A stretch of DNA of 64,000 nucleotides from a virus (IMGVR_UViG_3300037657_000053:25024-89023); one strand, 5' to 3'. Numbered from the stretch's first letter, positions 9,920 through 19,862 are shown. Numbers and translations are program-made. The notes: generated from the letters alone by a model not told the origin.

Positions 9920-10795
9920 ATGGCATTCAATAACCTCGGTTTTGAAGATGAACATGCGACGGATACCGGGCTTCCCGATGTTTGGATCGTTGCTCTTACG
10001 AGCTCGGGAATGAGCACAGCGGCATTCGGTTCCTCGACTCCCGATCGCCTTCCCTTCGAGGCTTTCGAGAGTGAGTGGTCGACGAACGAAGACTTCCTCT
10101 TCGACTTCGCCGATCCGGTCGATCCCCTCGAGAGGGAACAAGCAGTCTATGACACGGCTGGAACTTATGAGGGGGTCGAAGACTTCGAGGAATTGTGGGA
10201 TTCAAACGAGAGCTTCCTCTTCTCGAGGGGCTCGGTTTCGGCGGCGAGTTATGATACATCGGCTCCCGAGACGGTCGAAGACTTCGAGGAAGAGTGGTCG
10301 TCAAATGAAGATTTCCTGTTTGATTGGGTTGATGTTGTAGCCGGTCTCGGGGAAGATGCGGCCGACTTCGATTCCTCAACTCCCGAGACGGTCGAAGACT
10401 TCGAGGAAGAGTGGTCGTCAAATGAGAGTTTCCATTTTGATCGAACGACCGTCTCTCTAGGAGTGGCGAGTTTTGATGGAGATACAGTCGAAGATTTCGA
10501 GGAAGTGAACGTTCCCTTCGTTGTGATCGCCGACACTGTGGCCGATACGCTCACGAAGACGGCTCACGGGTTGAGCAACGGCGAGACGGTTACTCTCTCG
10601 AACGTCGGCGGCGAGCTTCCCGGGGGCTTGAACGAGGGTTATAAATACTTCGTCGTCAACAAGACTGCGAACGATTTTCAACTCTCGGCGACGAGTGGCG
10701 GTTCGGCAATCGACCTAACGACGGTTGGGGTCGGAACCCATACCGTGACTCCCGATCCAGCGGTGTTCTGGGTTCTTCAAATGACGACGGTTTGA
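9920..10795 (+). CDS. Acidic repeat virion protein
   Basis: About five repeats of ExFEExWxxNExFxF; C-terminal HGLSNGE...YFVVNKTANDFQLSATSGGSAIDLT domain seen in phage tail proteins. Confidence 0.65.
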   Translation: MAFNNLGFEDEHATDTGLPDVWIVALTSSGMSTAAFGSSTPDRLPFEAFESEWSTNEDFLFDFADPVDPLEREQAVYDTAGTYEGVEDFEELWDSNESFLFSRGSVSAASYDTSAPETVEDFEEEWSSNEDFLFDWVDVVAGLGEDAADFDSSTPETVEDFEEEWSSNESFHFDRTTVSLGVASFDGDTVEDFEEVNVPFVVIADTVADTLTKTAHGLSNGETVTLSNVGGELPGGLNEGYKYFVVNKTANDFQLSATSGGSAIDLTTVGVGTHTVTPDPAVFWVLQMTTV

Positions 10796-10808
10796 CAGGA
10801 GCAGGACT

Positions 10809-11513
10809 TTGGCAAGCATAGATTGGACGGAATGTAACGATTCTCTCGCGATCGGCGTGATCGATCGAGGGGTGACGACCGGAATCGCCCGACCGAACGG
10901 CGGCGGGAATTTCGTTTTCGGGTTCAACTCGTTGACGACGGCCGAAGGCGCGGTTGGCTTCTTCACGAACCAAGTGAATTTTGCCCCTATGGCAAAGGGA
11001 ATGACGGTTCAAGCGGCGATCCAACGAGGGGTGAGCGGCGGGCTTACCAACTTCGCACCTTTCCTCATCGCCGGCTTGCAGGGTCCGAGCGTCAACGACA
11101 ACGCCTATCTGCTCGGGCTCGCCGACGACGATCCTCACCATATCGTCTTGAAGAAGGGCGCCCCGAGTTCAAACCTCGAAGATCTCGAGCCCGACGCGCC
11201 GAACAACGGGATTCTTCTTCGTTCGGTCTCGAGTCACTCGCCAGGCGATTGGCTTCATCTCCGACTCGACATGATCGTCAATCTCAACGGCGACGTTTTG
11301 CTTCAATGCTTCGAGAACGATCTGAGCTCGAACGCGGTCACGTCCCCGGTTTGGTCTGCGATCTCCGGCATGGAAGAATTCATTGACGACGCTCTCGCGA
11401 TCAACTCGGGAAGCGCCCCCTACACGAGCGGTCGGGGCGGCTTCGGGTTCTTCTCGAAAGACGTCACTCGCCGGGGCTATCTAGACCATGTGGCAATATA
11501 TCGCCAGCTTTGA
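10809..11513 (+). CDS. Tail/baseplate-associated beta-rich protein
   Basis: 234 aa ORF, TTG start behind GGAG, in structural module. Confidence 0.6.
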   Translation: MASIDWTECNDSLAIGVIDRGVTTGIARPNGGGNFVFGFNSLTTAEGAVGFFTNQVNFAPMAKGMTVQAAIQRGVSGGLTNFAPFLIAGLQGPSVNDNAYLLGLADDDPHHIVLKKGAPSSNLEDLEPDAPNNGILLRSVSSHSPGDWLHLRLDMIVNLNGDVLLQCFENDLSSNAVTSPVWSAISGMEEFIDDALAINSGSAPYTSGRGGFGFFSKDVTRRGYLDHVAIYRQL

Positions 11514-11553
11514 TAATTGTCTCGTGTAAACCCGGGTTTCCAAGAGGTATGTC

Positions 11554-12258
11554 ATGGCGGGCGAGCGAGAAAGCTTCATCACAAACCTTCCCGGGATCGA
11601 ACAATGTCGCGTTGACTCGATCAACTTCGAGCCTCCCGAGGGAAGCCATACTTTCGTTCTCGGGAGCGATCCGACCGGCCGCTTCGGATGGTTCAAGAAA
11701 GGCGATATCTTCGACGTCTATCAGAGCGACTCACCGACCGCCGCCGCGAAGATCCTTCGCTTCTCGGGGAAGTGGCGCGGCCCGACGCTCGCTCTTCCCG
11801 CCGTCTCGGCCGAAGTCGGGCCGCCGAATTTCTTCGTTCTTGCCGACGGCCAAACCCTCATTCTCGCGATCGATGAGGGGGCGAATCAGACGATCATCTT
11901 CGCGGCGGCGGCCTTCGCCGATATCGCGAAGGCGACTCCCTCGGAAGTGGTCGCCGCTATCAATGCCCAATTGACGGGCGCAACGGCCGCTCTCACGGGC
12001 CGGGGCGCCTTGAAGGTGTCGACCCATAGCACCGGGCGGCGGGCCCGTGTGGCGGTCGTGGGGGGCACGGCGGCGGCTCTTGTGATGGAAGAGCTCGCGT
12101 GGAAGGCGAGCCTTCGAGTCGGGGGTGATGAGCTCGCTTCACGGTTTCTTCTTCCCGGCGAGGAACAAGACCTTTCCGACATGGCGGCGAATCTGATCGA
12201 ATACATGGCGGCGGCGCCGTTCGATGTTCGCTTCCGTCTTGAGGTGATCGCGAGATGA
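11554..12258 (+). CDS. Tail-associated hypothetical protein
   Basis: ATPSEVVAAINAQLTG motif common in tail proteins; RBS GAGG. Confidence 0.6.
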   Translation: MAGERESFITNLPGIEQCRVDSINFEPPEGSHTFVLGSDPTGRFGWFKKGDIFDVYQSDSPTAAAKILRFSGKWRGPTLALPAVSAEVGPPNFFVLADGQTLILAIDEGANQTIIFAAAAFADIAKATPSEVVAAINAQLTGATAALTGRGALKVSTHSTGRRARVAVVGGTAAALVMEELAWKASLRVGGDELASRFLLPGEEQDLSDMAANLIEYMAAAPFDVRFRLEVIAR

Positions 12259-13667
12259 CAGTTTTCATCGAACTTCCCGCGCTATACGTTGACGAGGTTC
12301 TCTTCGATGAGCTCTCACTCGGCGCCGGGGCGGTCTATCTTCAAATCATCAACCGAGACCCCGAGCCCGATCAAGTCGAGGTTCTCGCCGACGCTCTCAT
12401 CTCATTCGACGTCGCCGGCTCACTTGCGAATCCTCCGACCCTTGCTTCGACGGTGATTCGGATTCAAATGACGGCGGCCGATGGAACGGTCGGGCCCCTC
12501 GTCACGGTTTACGACGGATCGGCGGGCGGCTTCCAAGCCGGTTGGAATGGTCCGTCTTCGGCCGTTTCTGCGATCGATCCGTCGACGACTCGCTTCGTGA
12601 TCGATTCTACTCTCGCGTTCGATTCTCTTGAGATGGTCGCAGTCTTTCTCTTGACCGACTCACCGGGCTATGTCGGAACCTATGAAGTTGATTGGTCCTT
12701 CCGAATCGAGGATCTCACCGCGCCCCGAGTCGTCTCGGCGCAGTCAAGAGAACCGAAGATCGTTCGACTCACCTTCGATGAACCGATCGACTCGACGACG
12801 GCTCTCGTCGCGGCGAACTACATCTTCACTCGTCTCGAGGTTCCGGCCGTCTCGGTCGTGGCTTCATCGGTTTCGTTCGTCTCGTCCTATTCCGTCGACG
12901 TTGAGCTCGATATCGAGATCAGCCCAGGGAAGAGTTACCTTGTTACGGTCGAGAACGTCGAAGATCTTCTTGAGAACGCGATCGCCGCTCCTTTCAACTC
13001 TGCCGTCTTTGAGGGATACACACCGACGAACATTCCCTTCGATCGATACTTTGAACTTTGGCATATGCTTCCGAGGAAGAATCGCGACGAAGACAACGGT
13101 GATTTGTGGAAGTTCATCGCTTGCCTTCAAGAGATGACAGATCTTCTTCTTGCAGAGATCGATGCTTGGACCGACATCATCGATCCCGACTTGGCCCCTG
13201 AGATTTTTCTCGATGCGATGCTTCAAGATCTCGGGAACCCCTTCGATTTCGATCTCGACGAGACGGGAAAGAGGAAGCTCATTCGGGTTCTCGTTTCGAT
13301 CTATCGACAGAAGGGAACCGGGATCGGGATCATCAACGTCGTTCGATTTTTCCTTGGGATCGAGATTACGATCAATGCATATTCTGACGAGGGGTGGGAT
13401 CTCGGGATCGACGAGCTCGGGGATTCCTTGATCGACGGAACGGCAATTCTAGGACCGGGTACGATATATGCCCGCTTCTCATTTGAGATCGAGAGCCCGA
13501 TCGCATTGACTGACGAGCAACGCGAACAGATCGTCTCTATCGCGAACTACATGAAACCGGGGCATACTCATCTTATCAGGATCGTCGAACCAGAGATTCC
13601 GATTGTGATCGATCATCTCGAACTCGGTCTCTCGGTTCTCGGCGACGGTGAATGGTTGCTTCACTAG
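12255..13667 (+). CDS. Baseplate wedge protein with gpI-like tail domain and Ig-like domains
   Basis: IDPDLAPEIFLDAMLQDLG...YRQKGT...YMKPGHTH. Confidence 0.8.
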   Translation: MTVFIELPALYVDEVLFDELSLGAGAVYLQIINRDPEPDQVEVLADALISFDVAGSLANPPTLASTVIRIQMTAADGTVGPLVTVYDGSAGGFQAGWNGPSSAVSAIDPSTTRFVIDSTLAFDSLEMVAVFLLTDSPGYVGTYEVDWSFRIEDLTAPRVVSAQSREPKIVRLTFDEPIDSTTALVAANYIFTRLEVPAVSVVASSVSFVSSYSVDVELDIEISPGKSYLVTVENVEDLLENAIAAPFNSAVFEGYTPTNIPFDRYFELWHMLPRKNRDEDNGDLWKFIACLQEMTDLLLAEIDAWTDIIDPDLAPEIFLDAMLQDLGNPFDFDLDETGKRKLIRVLVSIYRQKGTGIGIINVVRFFLGIEITINAYSDEGWDLGIDELGDSLIDGTAILGPGTIYARFSFEIESPIALTDEQREQIVSIANYMKPGHTHLIRIVEPEIPIVIDHLELGLSVLGDGEWLLH

Positions 13668-13679
13668 AGAGGTTCCGAC

Positions 13680-15755
13680 ATGGCTTCAAGAAGAGATTAC
13701 TATTTTCGTCAAAAGGTAACTGAAGCCGAGCTCGATGCGGGCTTCAATGGTCTTGAGCAAGCCGATTTCAATTTGGCGATCGATCATGAGCTTACGGGGA
13801 TCACGACCGGGCTCACGGTCTCCGAGGCGGCGGCTCCCGATTTGACTGTTGATGTAGCACTCGGAACGGCTTACTCCAAGCAAGGCGAGAGGATTCGAGT
13901 CTCGGGAACTCAGAATGTTGATTGTTCTCAAGATGATTCGGGGACACCGACGACCGTTGCGGTTCCAGGGAACACGAAAGTCGTCTCGGTTTTCATCGAA
14001 TTCGACCGGTCGCTTTCCGATCCGAGGATCGATGGAAACTCTCTTACCGTTTACTTTCAACGAGATGAGAGTTACAATTTTTCGGTCATTCAGGGAGCCG
14101 AAGCTCTCATAGGAACCGAGGTTCCACCTTCGCTCGATTCGGGGAAGTTGCTTCTTGCCGATATTCGTATCGAGAACGGAACGGCGCAAATCCTCAACGC
14201 GCATGCAGTCGGAGCTTACGATCAGATCGACACGACTCGCCGTGAAGATGCTTTCAAATTTACCGGCGGCGCGGTCGAAATCGTCGAAGGTTCGGCTCAT
14301 GATGCGTTCGACGCTCTTCTCACAGGCTTGAATAACCACATTGACGGGCTGGCAAACGTTCATCCTGCCGATGAGGTCTCGTTTGTCGATTCGGCCACAT
14401 GGCGCGATGGAACGACTCTCGGCGGGGCGACGGTTGTCGATGATGTGCAGGAGGCGATCGACGCGGTTGTTACGGATCTTGCTCTACAAGGTTCGGGGAA
14501 TGACGGCGGGCTGAAGGTCGGGAAGTATCAGTCGGGAACGTGGCACGACGGAACCCGACTCGCGACTGGATCGTTGAGTTCTCAGATCGACGCGATCGTC
14601 TCGGGGCTTGCGGCGATCGCTGGGAATGGTGGCGGTGATAAGGTTGGTCTTCCCGCTCGATCTTCGGGAAGTGAGACTCTCACGGCAGGTTCGATTTACG
14701 ATCAAGTCGGCGAGTTGCTCGGGAAGATTGCGGTGAATTCTGGCTTCAATCAACTTGTTCGATGTTCCAATTTCTTTCGAGGTCAACCCTTCAACGATAC
14801 ATCGGGACCATACGGAGACTATCACGCGGTTGCTTTCGACAACGAGGATCGTTGGGTCGCAGTCGGAGAACGTAGCGGGGTCGGGCTCATTTCGTCGATC
14901 GACAATCCTCTTGCAGCCGTTGCCGGCGATTGGAACGATGAGGCTCCGGACGGAACGTCGGATTATCTATTTGACGTGATCTGGGCCGAGGGTCTTTTTG
15001 TTGCTGTCGGGAGGATTTCGGCGGCCGGCGGTGCGGCGGTTGAGACGTCTCCCGATGGTGATACATGGACGGCTCGCACAGCAACGGGAATGACGACCGC
15101 CGGCGATTTGATAAGTTCGGTCGCTTACGATCCCGAGACCGAATATTTCGTTGCGGTCGGCGGAACGAAAATCATTCGATCGGCCGATGGGATCACATGG
15201 GCGGCGGCGAGTAACTATCCGGCCGTTACGAACTTTCAAATGGTTGCCTCGGATGGGAGTAAGTATCTCCTCGCGGTCGGAACAAGTCTCGGCGGGAATA
15301 ACATCGCGATCTTCTCATCCGACGGCGGCGATAATTGGTCGACTGTGTTCGCGCCGGGAACCGGGACAACCCTTTACGGAGCGGCATACGATGCGAAGTC
15401 TCGAAGGTGGTTTATCTCTGGTTCGTCGTCGAGTGAATACTTCCGAAGCAATGTCGGAGGAACGACCTTCGAGAATATCCCTTGCACGATCACTTGGGGA
15501 TTCGGACCGCAAGTGGCATGCGACGGATACGGAACGATCCTTTACGCTTCTCTTGGAGATGGAATAGCGGTCTCAATTGACGGAGGCGAAACTTTCCATT
15601 CTGTCAAAATTGGAGACGGAACATCACAAATGGTTTGTGCCGGGGTGAAGTATGTCGCGGGGGCATTCTGGCTTTTTGACAACGACGACGCCCCGTTCGC
15701 GTGGCAATCTTTGGTTTCATTTGGCCACGCTGAAGAAAATATCACTTATCCATAA
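13680..15755 (+). CDS. Tail fibre / receptor-binding protein with BNR-like propeller repeats
   Basis: Repeats SPDGDTW, SADGITW, SSDGGDNW, SIDGGETF; last gene of the tail module. Confidence 0.75.
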   Translation: MASRRDYYFRQKVTEAELDAGFNGLEQADFNLAIDHELTGITTGLTVSEAAAPDLTVDVALGTAYSKQGERIRVSGTQNVDCSQDDSGTPTTVAVPGNTKVVSVFIEFDRSLSDPRIDGNSLTVYFQRDESYNFSVIQGAEALIGTEVPPSLDSGKLLLADIRIENGTAQILNAHAVGAYDQIDTTRREDAFKFTGGAVEIVEGSAHDAFDALLTGLNNHIDGLANVHPADEVSFVDSATWRDGTTLGGATVVDDVQEAIDAVVTDLALQGSGNDGGLKVGKYQSGTWHDGTRLATGSLSSQIDAIVSGLAAIAGNGGGDKVGLPARSSGSETLTAGSIYDQVGELLGKIAVNSGFNQLVRCSNFFRGQPFNDTSGPYGDYHAVAFDNEDRWVAVGERSGVGLISSIDNPLAAVAGDWNDEAPDGTSDYLFDVIWAEGLFVAVGRISAAGGAAVETSPDGDTWTARTATGMTTAGDLISSVAYDPETEYFVAVGGTKIIRSADGITWAAASNYPAVTNFQMVASDGSKYLLAVGTSLGGNNIAIFSSDGGDNWSTVFAPGTGTTLYGAAYDAKSRRWFISGSSSSEYFRSNVGGTTFENIPCTITWGFGPQVACDGYGTILYASLGDGIAVSIDGGETFHSVKIGDGTSQMVCAGVKYVAGAFWLFDNDDAPFAWQSLVSFGHAEENITYP

Positions 15756-15784
15756 ATCAAAGTCGAGCGAGAGAACGGAGTCGA

Positions 15785-16354
15785 ATGGTGGAGCGACGTG
15801 AAGGGCGTGGTAACGGGACTGAGAGATACATGATATTCGGTCTTGAGCCCACGGGACCGAATGAAGATGAAAAAGAGAAGGGTTCGTCTGAGATCGATTG
15901 CACCGACGAAGTCAACGAAGCGAAGAGCGAGACGAAGAAGCGGTTACAGTGGCGATGGTGGTTGATTACGGTCGTGGTAGCACTCATCGGCGCGGGTTTC
16001 TATGCGTCACAGCATTTGACAGGTTCCTACGTTCGACGCGATGACTATCAACTGGCTCAGACGACACACCGCGAATCTCACAAAGAGATCACGTCGAAGA
16101 TGGTCGACTTTGAAAGAACTCTCAACGAGGTCCGGATCGAACAAGCTCAACAAACCGAACGATCGAAACTGATCGATGCGCGTCTCGAGTTGCTCATAGA
16201 AAGATCGAATCGTTCTGTACCTGTCAATTGGAGAGAAGAAGCCGATCTTCGTGAGACGATCGAACGACAAGAACGACGCCTCAAACGTCTTGAGAACGAT
16301 CCTCGATCCAAGCAATATCCTTCCGATGATCCTCTTTCCGACTTGTCTCATTAG
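15785..16354 (+). CDS. Single-TM coiled-coil membrane protein (lysis region)
   Basis: WWLITVVVALIGAGFY TM followed by coiled coil; start uncertain. Confidence 0.55.
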   Translation: MVERREGRGNGTERYMIFGLEPTGPNEDEKEKGSSEIDCTDEVNEAKSETKKRLQWRWWLITVVVALIGAGFYASQHLTGSYVRRDDYQLAQTTHRESHKEITSKMVDFERTLNEVRIEQAQQTERSKLIDARLELLIERSNRSVPVNWREEADLRETIERQERRLKRLENDPRSKQYPSDDPLSDLSH

Positions 16355-16412
16355 CTTCATTCCTCGATAATGTCTTCGGCGCGAACAATGGCGCCAGAAA
16401 GAAAGGGAACCG

Positions 16413-16799
16413 ATGGATTCGTTCATGGAAGCTCACGTCTATTCGATCGTTCACTGGCCATTCTTCGCATTTGCTTTCGTGGCGATGCTTTTCAATCAAG
16501 TCATGAAGAGCGCGATCTTCACGAAGGCAAGGGCAATCACGAAGGGTAAAGGTCAATGGTTTTTTTGGTGGGCGCGGAAGACTCTTCCGCTTCATCCGGT
16601 TCTTGTCGGTGCGCTCGTCGGTTTCATATGGAGGAATCCAGAACAAGCCGATCCGACTTGGCCATGGATTGCGCCGGTCTTCTATTTTGCTCTTGCCGGA
16701 ACGCTTTCGGTTTGGATTTACCAAATCATCAAGGGAATAGCGAAGAAGAAGGGGATCGAACTCGAACCGCTTCCCGGGTACGAGGAAACGAACCTATGA
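16413..16799 (+). CDS. Putative holin (3 TM)
   Basis: Three hydrophobic segments, basic C-terminus, position after tail fibre. Confidence 0.6.
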   Translation: MDSFMEAHVYSIVHWPFFAFAFVAMLFNQVMKSAIFTKARAITKGKGQWFFWWARKTLPLHPVLVGALVGFIWRNPEQADPTWPWIAPVFYFALAGTLSVWIYQIIKGIAKKKGIELEPLPGYEETNL

Positions 16800-17125
16800 A
16801 GTTTTTTAGGTGGCTCAAGAGGAACGCATGGGCGGTTGCGGTGGCTTTCGTTACCGCTCTCGGTGCCGGGATCTTTTGGGCATACCATCGGGGTCGGGTT
16901 CGTTCGCTCGAGGTCCAAGTTGCCGTCGAGAAGGCTCACGCGAGAGTTGCGGCTCTTGACGCCGAACGCAGTTCTCTCGAGGAACGACGAGAAGCGAACG
17001 CGGCTCGTATTGAAGCTCTCGAGGAAGAGAAGCGAGCAATCCGAGCGGAAGCCGTCGCTCTCGAGGAAGATGTGGAGGGAAAGACCGATGACGAGATCGA
17101 ACGTGCATTCGGGGCTCTGTACTGA
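16796..17125 (+). CDS. Putative inner-membrane spanin-like protein
   Basis: ATG 16796 overlaps holin stop; N-terminal TM plus coiled coil. Confidence 0.55.
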   Translation: MKFFRWLKRNAWAVAVAFVTALGAGIFWAYHRGRVRSLEVQVAVEKAHARVAALDAERSSLEERREANAARIEALEEEKRAIRAEAVALEEDVEGKTDDEIERAFGALY

Positions 17126-17126
17126 C

Positions 17127-17660
17127 ATGCCTTTTCCTGCCGCTGGAAGGCCCCTCAGAGCCCGTCTAGTTGGGGGGGCCCTATCACTCGTTCTCGTGGC
17201 TATCGGGCCTTCTAGGCCCCTTCTCGCGGAAGAGGAGGGCATCTCTGGCGACTCTCAGTGTCAAGAGCTCGAGACGGCCGCCGACGGGGCTCCCGATCCC
17301 GAGCAGATCGAGCATGATGGGATCGCCGGAATGTTCTTTCCCATGGTCACGTCTCGGTTGATCTTGTGCGAGGTGAGAGAGCTTCGTCTTCGTCGTCGAG
17401 AAGCGGGGGTTGAATCTCGGTTGATTCATGCTTGGCGTCTTCAAGTCGATTTTACCGAACGCCAACGTGATCTTGCCGTTCAAGCTCGGGATCAACTTGC
17501 CGAAGTGATCGACGTTGCGGAACGGCGAGCTCGCGAAGCCGAAGATCGTGCGGTGGCATGGTATCGGTCTCCGTTCCTATGGCTCTCGGTAGGGGTGGTT
17601 CTCACGGTGGGTCTATACTTTGCCGCTTCATACGGGATCAGATCGCTTGCCCCCGACTAA
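17127..17660 (+). CDS. Putative spanin-like protein (signal peptide, coiled coil, C-terminal TM)
   Basis: ATG 17127 right after previous stop; WYRSPFLWLSVGVVLTVG C-terminal TM. Confidence 0.5.
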   Translation: MPFPAAGRPLRARLVGGALSLVLVAIGPSRPLLAEEEGISGDSQCQELETAADGAPDPEQIEHDGIAGMFFPMVTSRLILCEVRELRLRRREAGVESRLIHAWRLQVDFTERQRDLAVQARDQLAEVIDVAERRAREAEDRAVAWYRSPFLWLSVGVVLTVGLYFAASYGIRSLAPD

Positions 17661-17825
17661 GGGGGCTCGCTCAAGTCGCCCCACCCTTCCTCGATTCTCG
17701 AAGAGAACCGACTCGATACGATTCCATCGCACGAAGACGGCGCCGCAATGACGACAACGGGCCGCTTTCGTCGTGGTCATTGCGCCGCATTCCCCGCATA
17801 TAGCGGGGCGTTTCGGTTGGGCCAT
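17628..17825 (-). CDS. Small zinc-ribbon protein
   Basis: CGECG...CRHCG; follows the MazG-like gene on the minus strand. Confidence 0.5.
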   Translation of the reverse strand: MAQPKRPAICGECGAMTTTKAARCRHCGAVFVRWNRIESVLFENRGRVGRLERAPLVGGKRSDPV

Positions 17826-17836
17826 TCATGGTCGCC

Positions 17837-18382
17837 TCACGCCTTCTCGTTGTCTTTCCCGTGACGCAAGCCACGGGCCCGGTTTTTCTCGTTTTTTACG
17901 AGGATTGCTCCGAACAGATCGATCTCGAGGAGGTCGGCGAGATCGAAGGTCTCTTTCAGGCCGAGCTCAATGTGAGAGATGAAGTCTCGCTCGTTGTTCT
18001 TGCGCCAACATTCGAGAGCTTTTGCACAGTGAGAGAAGATCGGAAGGAGCAAGCTCTCGATTTTCTGGAATGGGATCTGTCGAGTGTATGGCTTGCGACC
18101 GGTTACTCGATCGCACCAATTCTCGCCAGCGATTCCGGATAACAACGAGAGAAGTCGGATTGCGATATCTGCAATCTCTTCTTCGAGCGGGTCGTGGCCC
18201 GAGCCGTTCACAGCGTCGATCGCCTCATCGATCTCGGTGAAGATGTAGGCAACTTTCCGAACGGCGGTTTCCCAATTTGCCGGCTCGAAACCATTTGCGA
18301 GAACAATCGTTTCACATTCCGTCGCAAGTTTGTGAAGGTCGGCGGTTGATTTCTTATACATGAACGGCTCGATCAAAATCAT
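17837..18382 (-). CDS. MazG-like nucleotide pyrophosphohydrolase
   Basis: TEIDEAIDA...EEEIADIAIRL...KNEKNRAR; GTCCGATAATC motif and RBS upstream on the minus strand. Confidence 0.75.
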   Translation of the reverse strand: MILIEPFMYKKSTADLHKLATECETIVLANGFEPANWETAVRKVAYIFTEIDEAIDAVNGSGHDPLEEEIADIAIRLLSLLSGIAGENWCDRVTGRKPYTRQIPFQKIESLLLPIFSHCAKALECWRKNNERDFISHIELGLKETFDLADLLEIDLFGAILVKNEKNRARGLRHGKDNEKA

Positions 18383-18511
18383 GAGTCGATCCTTTCGTGG
18401 TTGTCCCGATTATCGGACGGTTGATCAACTTCTCGAGTGGTGGAAACCCGGGTTTACACTTGAAATGGTTTGACGATGTGACATGCCTCGCCCATGTGAT
18501 ATGATTCAAGC

Positions 18512-19228
18512 ATGAAACATTTCAAACGATTTTTCGTGTTCTATGCGTCGGCTCTCGTCGACTTGACGATCGCCTTTCCCATGGTCTTGCTCGTTCGAGC
18601 ATTCTGGGGGCGTGATCTGAGATGGGCTCGGGGGGTTCTCTCTTGTGAGCTCCGTCCCGAGTCGTGGGCTCTCGGTGGGAAGATCGATCCTTCGACGGGG
18701 CTCTTGAAGAATCGGTTCCCCCTGTGGTGGCCGGCCGGATGGTATCTTTACAACCGACGGGCGGCCGTCGCCCGTGAGGAGAAGCCGAGATCGTGGGGCG
18801 GAACCTCGATCGGACATGGTCAGATCTTCGGGCCCGGGAACCGGGGCTCGATCGAAGAACCGAGCTCTGTTGAGGTTCACGAGGATCATCACACCGCACA
18901 AGCCGAAGCCGCTCAAATGGGAGCTTGCCTTCTCGCTCATCTCTTCTTCATCGTTGCGACGGCTTGGGGCCATTGGATCGCCGGGCTCATCTTCCTCTTC
19001 GTGGTTTGGGGGCTTGGTGGCAACGTCTTGAACGCTTGCGGGGGGTGGTCGGTTGCTTGGCTCAATGGACACCCCGACGGCTTCTATCGAGGGTCGGCTC
19101 ATGAGATCGGAGCATGGGCGGTCGGTCGAATGTATGCTGAGAGCTTGAAGTCGAAGAATGATAAACAAGCTCGTCGAGTTCTTGCCATGAAGACTCTTAT
19201 TCAACCGAAGAGCGGGGGCGGTCTATGA
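18512..19228 (+). CDS. Membrane protein with zincin-like HExxH motif
   Basis: VHEDHHTAQ and downstream HEIGA; several TM segments. Confidence 0.5.
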   Translation: MKHFKRFFVFYASALVDLTIAFPMVLLVRAFWGRDLRWARGVLSCELRPESWALGGKIDPSTGLLKNRFPLWWPAGWYLYNRRAAVAREEKPRSWGGTSIGHGQIFGPGNRGSIEEPSSVEVHEDHHTAQAEAAQMGACLLAHLFFIVATAWGHWIAGLIFLFVVWGLGGNVLNACGGWSVAWLNGHPDGFYRGSAHEIGAWAVGRMYAESLKSKNDKQARRVLAMKTLIQPKSGGGL

Positions 19229-19524
19229 TGATCAAGCCCGGTTCAACTTCCGAAGACTTCGAGGAAGAGCTCGAATCTGAATTCGAGGCACCTCGAATTG
19301 GTTCGGCTTCTGAAGATCCCGAGCCCATCATCCTTTCTGATACCTCGAGGGTCGGGCGGGCTCACTATGAGGGAATGAGCGAGGTCGAAGCGGTGAAGAC
19401 CTTCCACGAAGAGAGTCTTTGCGGCTCTTGTTTCATGTCGGCAATGTGCCGGGTTGCGGTCGGCGTCGATAGCTCGCTCACCGTAGTTTCACGGTGTCTG
19501 GCCTATCTACCGCCAGAGGGTTAG
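19225..19524 (+). CDS. Hypothetical Cys-containing protein
   Basis: ATGA overlap with previous stop; CGSC...C...C. Confidence 0.5.
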   Translation: MMIKPGSTSEDFEEELESEFEAPRIGSASEDPEPIILSDTSRVGRAHYEGMSEVEAVKTFHEESLCGSCFMSAMCRVAVGVDSSLTVVSRCLAYLPPEG

Positions 19525-19531
19525 ACTCTAG

Positions 19532-19862
19532 AATCGGGCCGCCGGTCCGCTTCTTCTCGAAGGCGTCCCCCTTGCGTCTTCGGTGTGGAAGTGAAATTTC
19601 CGGCGGCCCGATTGGTCTCCCCCCTAACAACCCCCCTCTATTCTCTTTCTAAGTTATAAACAACAGATTCTTAGATCTAAGAATCTAAGAGAATAATCAA
19701 ATGTATAACTAAGAGGGTGTGACTCACGGTTGTCCTCGCTCAAAGAACCCTTCGGGTTCTTTTCGCTGCGGAAACCGAGTCACACCCTACGCGCACGCGC
19801 GCGAGGCGCGGCGGGGTGCCTCGAGACGAGAGAACACCGGAAAGTTGGAAACCCGGGTTTCC
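19532..19862. other. Candidate replication origin / structured intergenic region
   Basis: 14-bp inverted repeat 19532-19545/19600-19613, AT-rich tract with 22-bp palindrome 19665-19686, UUCG hairpin 19742-19762, CGCG run, 16-bp palindrome; just upstream of the replication genes. Confidence 0.45.

Noticed and set aside
10263-10425. Diversity-generating retroelement TR/VR pair
   Set aside because: In-frame tandem protein repeats with an identical core, no adenine-specific mismatches, no reverse transcriptase in the window
1-15755. Stand-alone contractile injection system or tailocin
   Set aside because: Contiguous with terminase, a full replisome and an early gene array, so it is a phage tail module
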